DNA from: Thermoproteota archaeon
GTDB lineage: Archaea; Korarchaeota; Korarchaeia; Korarchaeales; Korarchaeaceae
Direction: 5' to 3'
Length of the DNA: 29,072 bases
Assembly: GCA_037917625.1 (NCBI GenBank)
Contig: JAVCBY010000076.1
Span: 1 to 29,072 of the forward strand
The translations under genes were made by a program, and so were the position numbers. This document shows, piece by piece, positions 25,622-29,072 of this stretch. Position 1 is the stretch's first letter. Each line of letters starts with the position of its first letter. The notes beneath the pieces were generated by a model that was given only the letters and a program-made list of their open reading frames with translations, did not search any database and was not told the DNA's origin.

Positions 25622-25674
25622 TGGTTGGTGATCTCACACCAACCACCTAAAAAGCGACTGAAACTTTTATATAT
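25622..25674 (-). promoter_or_regulatory. ftsZ-operon promoter candidate with a 9-bp inverted repeat at the predicted transcript start
   Basis: Minus strand ATATATAAAA at 25674-25665; TGGTTGGTG-N6-CACCAACCA at 25622-25645. Confidence 0.5.
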
Positions 25675-25971
25675 GTTTTATGTAAAGTTGTGGGGATATT
25701 TTTGGCGGAGTGGAAAGAGCTCCTCAGTATACTCATCAATAGTAAAGTTCGAGAAACCAAAAAAGTCAATAAAGCTCGCTTTACCGAATTACCATTTACC
25801 GTTCATCGTATACATTAATTCTAATGTCATTAATTCCGTTGGGAGTGCGTTCATTGTATCCCATAAGAACTTAGCTCTCAGAGGTCTCAATCGATATAGA
25901 ACGAAAATTTCTTAACGATATTTTCTTTAAGAAATTAAATTAAAATGTTATGCTGGTTCTCTAGACGTTCT

Positions 25972-26217
25972 CTATCTACTGGGTTTGAATGCCATACACC
26001 TCTCAAGATCCCCTTCCTTCCCCAATCGCTCGAATTCAAGCCCCAGCTTCCTCGCTAAAGCCTCTGCAGCCTTCACTGGGAAAGCAGAATCATCTAAAAT
26101 CAGCAAAATAGCTTCTCCCTCTTTCAACTCCCTCACAACTCTGAGGAAAGTAGCTATTGGTGACTCTGTGCACCCCTCCAATCTCTTGGCTGTGTTTATC
26201 TCAGCCACTATCCTCAT
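25972..26217 (-). CDS. TusA/SirA-like sulfur carrier protein
   Basis: 81 aa, GCTESP (CPxP-like), LKEGEAILLILDD; GGAGGTGA RBS; 4 bp after iscU. Confidence 0.65.
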   Translation of the reverse strand: MRIVAEINTAKRLEGCTESPIATFLRVVRELKEGEAILLILDDSAFPVKAAEALARKLGLEFERLGKEGDLERCMAFKPSR

Positions 26218-26221
26218 CTCA

Positions 26222-26704
26222 TCACCTCCTTAGCTTACCGTAAATTCGCTCTATCATCTCCTCTTCCTCTAAAGCCTGCCTCTCGACACTAGTTAAATCC
26301 TTAGGTAACCATTCAGGTAAATTATCCCCGAAGTATCTCCTTATAGCTCTCCTCAAAGCTCCCACAGCTAGAATACTGCAGTGCTTTTTAACTGGAGGTA
26401 AGCCACCGAGTTCGTCAGCTATCTGCTTCCAATCTATATTCCAAGCCTCTTCTAAACTCTTTCCCTTCACAATCTCCGTCAATATGCTAGCAGCAGCTAT
26501 GTTAGCTGCACAACCATAACTCTCGAACTTCGCATCCTCTATAATCCCCTCTCTTATCCTCAAGTAAATGCTTATGACATCTCCGCATGCTGGACTGCCC
26601 GCTTGGGCGGAAGCATCAGCATCCTCTATCCTCCCTAAGTTCTTCGGATCCCTGAAGAGCTCCAGTACCTTAGGCGTGTATGGGAGGGGTACCCTCGTGC
26701 TCAT
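26222..26704 (-). CDS. iscU: IscU/NifU-type Fe-S scaffold protein
   Basis: PKNLG, GSPACGD, GCAANIAAAS, LGGLPPVKKHCS: three conserved Cys plus His. Confidence 0.93.
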   Translation of the reverse strand: MSTRVPLPYTPKVLELFRDPKNLGRIEDADASAQAGSPACGDVISIYLRIREGIIEDAKFESYGCAANIAAASILTEIVKGKSLEEAWNIDWKQIADELGGLPPVKKHCSILAVGALRRAIRRYFGDNLPEWLPKDLTSVERQALEEEEMIERIYGKLRR

Positions 26705-26754
26705 ACTCTCACTATAACTAAGGTTAAAAATATAATCTTATCCTTTAGCTAGGC

Positions 26755-27957
26755 TCATCTCCCCAAGGGGCTAATCGATCTAAGCCTCTCCACAGCTTCC
26801 TTAACATTATCTACAACGAACTTCATATCTTCCATCTCATGGTACCTAGTTAACTTGAATAGTATGCTCCCATGGGCCTCCTCATATTTCCTACCTATCG
26901 CTAGCATAACGTGGCTCGGCTCCAGGATCCTGCTAGTGCAAGCGCTCCCACTGGAGACGTAAACTCCCCTCATGCTCAACTCCACTGTGAGGGCCTCCCC
27001 CTCGACATGGAGGAAGCTGATATTGACGTTATCAGGAGCTCTATCATCTCCAGTCGGACCATTCAGGATGGACTCCGGGACTGCATCCAATATGGAATCT
27101 ATTAGGAAGTCCCTCAATGAAGATACCCTCCTTATTTTCTCATCTAGATCCTCTAAGCTTAGTTCTATTGCTTTCTTGAATCCAGCAATCGCTGGGACGT
27201 TCTCAACTCCCGGCCAGAGGGTCTGGCTGCTCAACGCCCCCTTCATTATAGGTTCTATCTCCACTCCATCCCTCACATAGAGAGCGGCAGCTCCCTTAGG
27301 CCCTAATATCTTATGAGAACTTATCGTGAGTAAATCTATATCAAGCTCACTCAGATCTATTGGGACCCTCATATAAGCATCGCATGCATCCGTATGAAAT
27401 ATAGCATTTGGATTTCTATCCTTCACTATTTCAGAGAGCTCCTTGATCCTCTGTATGGTCCCTATCTCATGATTCACAGTTTGGATGCTCACTAAGAATG
27501 TCTCGCTATCCACTAACTCGGATAAGACATCGCTCAATATGAAGCCCTTCTCATCAACTGGAGCTCTGACTACCTTGAAGCCGTGCTCCTGTAAGGAGAG
27601 AGCGGGCATTAAAACGCTGTAATGCTCTATATCCGATATTATAATCTTCCTCTTACTCGATTTCTTCGCGGTGCCGAGTATAGCGAGGTTATTAGCCTCA
27701 GTCCCACTGTGGACGAAGTTTATGTCCTCCTTATCAGCTCCCAAAGTCCTAGCTATGAGCTCTGATGTCTCATCTATCAGTTCGAAGGCCTCCCATCCAG
27801 GCTTATTCGTTATCGATGGATGCCCATAACCGATGACGTTGAAGTATGGGATCATCGCCTCAACTACTTCCCTCGGGACCCATCCGGAGTTCTCATTATC
27901 CAAATAAACTTCCTTAGAGGGCCTTCCATGCACCTTCAGGAGATCCCTCACGCTCAT
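26755..27957 (-). CDS. iscS: Cysteine desulfurase (IscS/NifS type)
   Basis: YLDN, SGTEANN, IEH, NHEIGTIQ, PLP Lys in SSHKILGPKG, catalytic SSGSACTS, PSHV. Confidence 0.93.
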   Translation of the reverse strand: MSVRDLLKVHGRPSKEVYLDNENSGWVPREVVEAMIPYFNVIGYGHPSITNKPGWEAFELIDETSELIARTLGADKEDINFVHSGTEANNLAILGTAKKSSKRKIIISDIEHYSVLMPALSLQEHGFKVVRAPVDEKGFILSDVLSELVDSETFLVSIQTVNHEIGTIQRIKELSEIVKDRNPNAIFHTDACDAYMRVPIDLSELDIDLLTISSHKILGPKGAAALYVRDGVEIEPIMKGALSSQTLWPGVENVPAIAGFKKAIELSLEDLDEKIRRVSSLRDFLIDSILDAVPESILNGPTGDDRAPDNVNISFLHVEGEALTVELSMRGVYVSSGSACTSRILEPSHVMLAIGRKYEEAHGSILFKLTRYHEMEDMKFVVDNVKEAVERLRSISPLGR

Positions 27958-28065
27958 GATCCTCTCTCATCTGGGTTGATGTAAATAAAATTTTAGTCCT
28001 TCAGAGTGCTTCGAAAGGAGCTCCTTAGATCATTGAAATAAGGTAAGCTGGAGCTCATTCAAGCC

Positions 28066-29072
28066 TCAGATACGCTTGCGTTTCGAGACCCTCTCAACCC
28101 TTCTAGGGCTCTCTATCTTCCTCAAGAGGTAGTAGAACATTATTGAGAGTGTTAAGAGAGTTGCTATCGATTCAGCTAGATAGCTGGACTCATCAAAGGT
28201 CTTATATAGGAGCTTCCCCATGGATAACTCTCCCTTAGGTGCATCGAGCTCGCTCAGGAGAAGGGCTCTATCCGCAGCTAATATAGTCAAATTAGCTCTA
28301 GTTAAATTGATGTTGAATGTGTAACTGATGCTCCTCGAGAACGCATGGTACCTCTCGAGCTTAACGCTACCCTCAGCTTCTATAGTTAGGGGAGTCCTGA
28401 ACCTTATCATAGCCCTAGATACGTTCATCCCCTCAATCCCATCTAGGAGGAGATCAGCATAAAAGCCCTTTCCCCCGACGTAAGTTAACTTACTAGCGTT
28501 TATTCTTATCTCAGATGAGTTCATGGGAACTTCTCTCTCAATTAATGAGATAGGCCTACCTACCACTCCAATCCTCCCAGAAGCCTCCAATCCAGTAATC
28601 ACAGCCTCTATCCTCGGTACCTCTCGATCTTCAGACTTTAGATCGAGTTTCAATCCAGTGAAGGATCTCTTAGCATCCGAAAGGTTCCTCAAGCCCCTAT
28701 CAACCCATTCTTTGATATTTATTCCTCCTCCTGATACCCCTATGAGCACAGATCCATTCTTAAGTTTCCATTCTAAGCTGTGGTAACCTGTTACATAACC
28801 GCTTATCACACCAGTGAAGTTCCCAGTCTCGAACCCCAGTACTCCTAACTTCTCGATATTCGGGAGCTTCATGGTCCTCCCATTAACTACAGCCTCGAGC
28901 TCCTTACCTAACCTCAGCTCCAACTCATTGCACTCCCAACTCAATGGGAAGCTGAGGAAGGGTCCTGATGATACGTTCCTCCCCTTAATTATCCTATTCA
29001 CAGCAGTACCGCTATCCAGAGAGAGCGGGAAGCTCCTGTAGTTCGCGAAGTTCTTGAAATCCTCCCTGCAAT
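28066..29072 (-). CDS. Hypothetical beta-rich protein with C-terminal membrane anchor (5' truncated by window)
   Basis: The frame stays open past 29001 to the window edge (..CREDFKNFANYRSFPLSLDSGTAVNR..); ends in a TM helix and basic tail. Confidence 0.7.
   Translation of the reverse strand, partial: CREDFKNFANYRSFPLSLDSGTAVNRIIKGRNVSSGPFLSFPLSWECNELELRLGKELEAVVNGRTMKLPNIEKLGVLGFETGNFTGVISGYVTGYHSLEWKLKNGSVLIGVSGGGINIKEWVDRGLRNLSDAKRSFTGLKLDLKSEDREVPRIEAVITGLEASGRIGVVGRPISLIEREVPMNSSEIRINASKLTYVGGKGFYADLLLDGIEGMNVSRAMIRFRTPLTIEAEGSVKLERYHAFSRSISYTFNINLTRANLTILAADRALLLSELDAPKGELSMGKLLYKTFDESSYLAESIATLLTLSIMFYYLLRKIESPRRVERVSKRKRI

Noticed and set aside
25466-25915. 149-aa plus-strand ORF
   Set aside because: Begins antisense within ftsZ paralog A and runs through AT-rich promoter DNA; composition not protein-like.

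Overview
Archaeal chromosomal window. The AGG/ATA-rich codons, TATA-type promoters, leaderless genes and a five-gene ftsZ cluster suggest Korarchaeota (Ca. Korarchaeum-like); this assignment is inference. Both flanks are housekeeping: pstC(partial)-pstA-pstB, ppdK, pfpI, an Nramp-like transporter, two cupins and ilvD on the left, and tusA-like/iscU/iscS plus a partial membrane-anchored protein on the right. Between ~9.7 and ~25.7 kb lies a dense cell-biology block. (i) A minus-strand run encodes a roadblock protein, an Arf-family GTPase fused to a longin-like domain, a uDENN-like longin protein and a 7-TM membrane protein, resembling a eukaryote-type receptor/GEF/GTPase module. (ii) Two divergent coiled-coil genes share one palindromic TATA box; one is coupled to an MglA-type GTPase, and the block is bracketed by two inverted, decayed IS200/IS605 tnpB 3'-end remnants that the ORF track does not capture as such. 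(iii) A secreted, membrane-anchored GIFT-like protein. (iv) A translationally coupled operon of five divergent FtsZ paralogs with complementary losses of GTP-binding and catalytic residues, plus a PRC-barrel (CdpB-like) gene and a small Pro/Gln-linker gene, followed by a catalytically dead HTH-LAGLIDADG protein reminiscent of WhiA. No rRNA, tRNA or CRISPR array was recognised. All domain calls are by-eye motif recognition; no searches were run.
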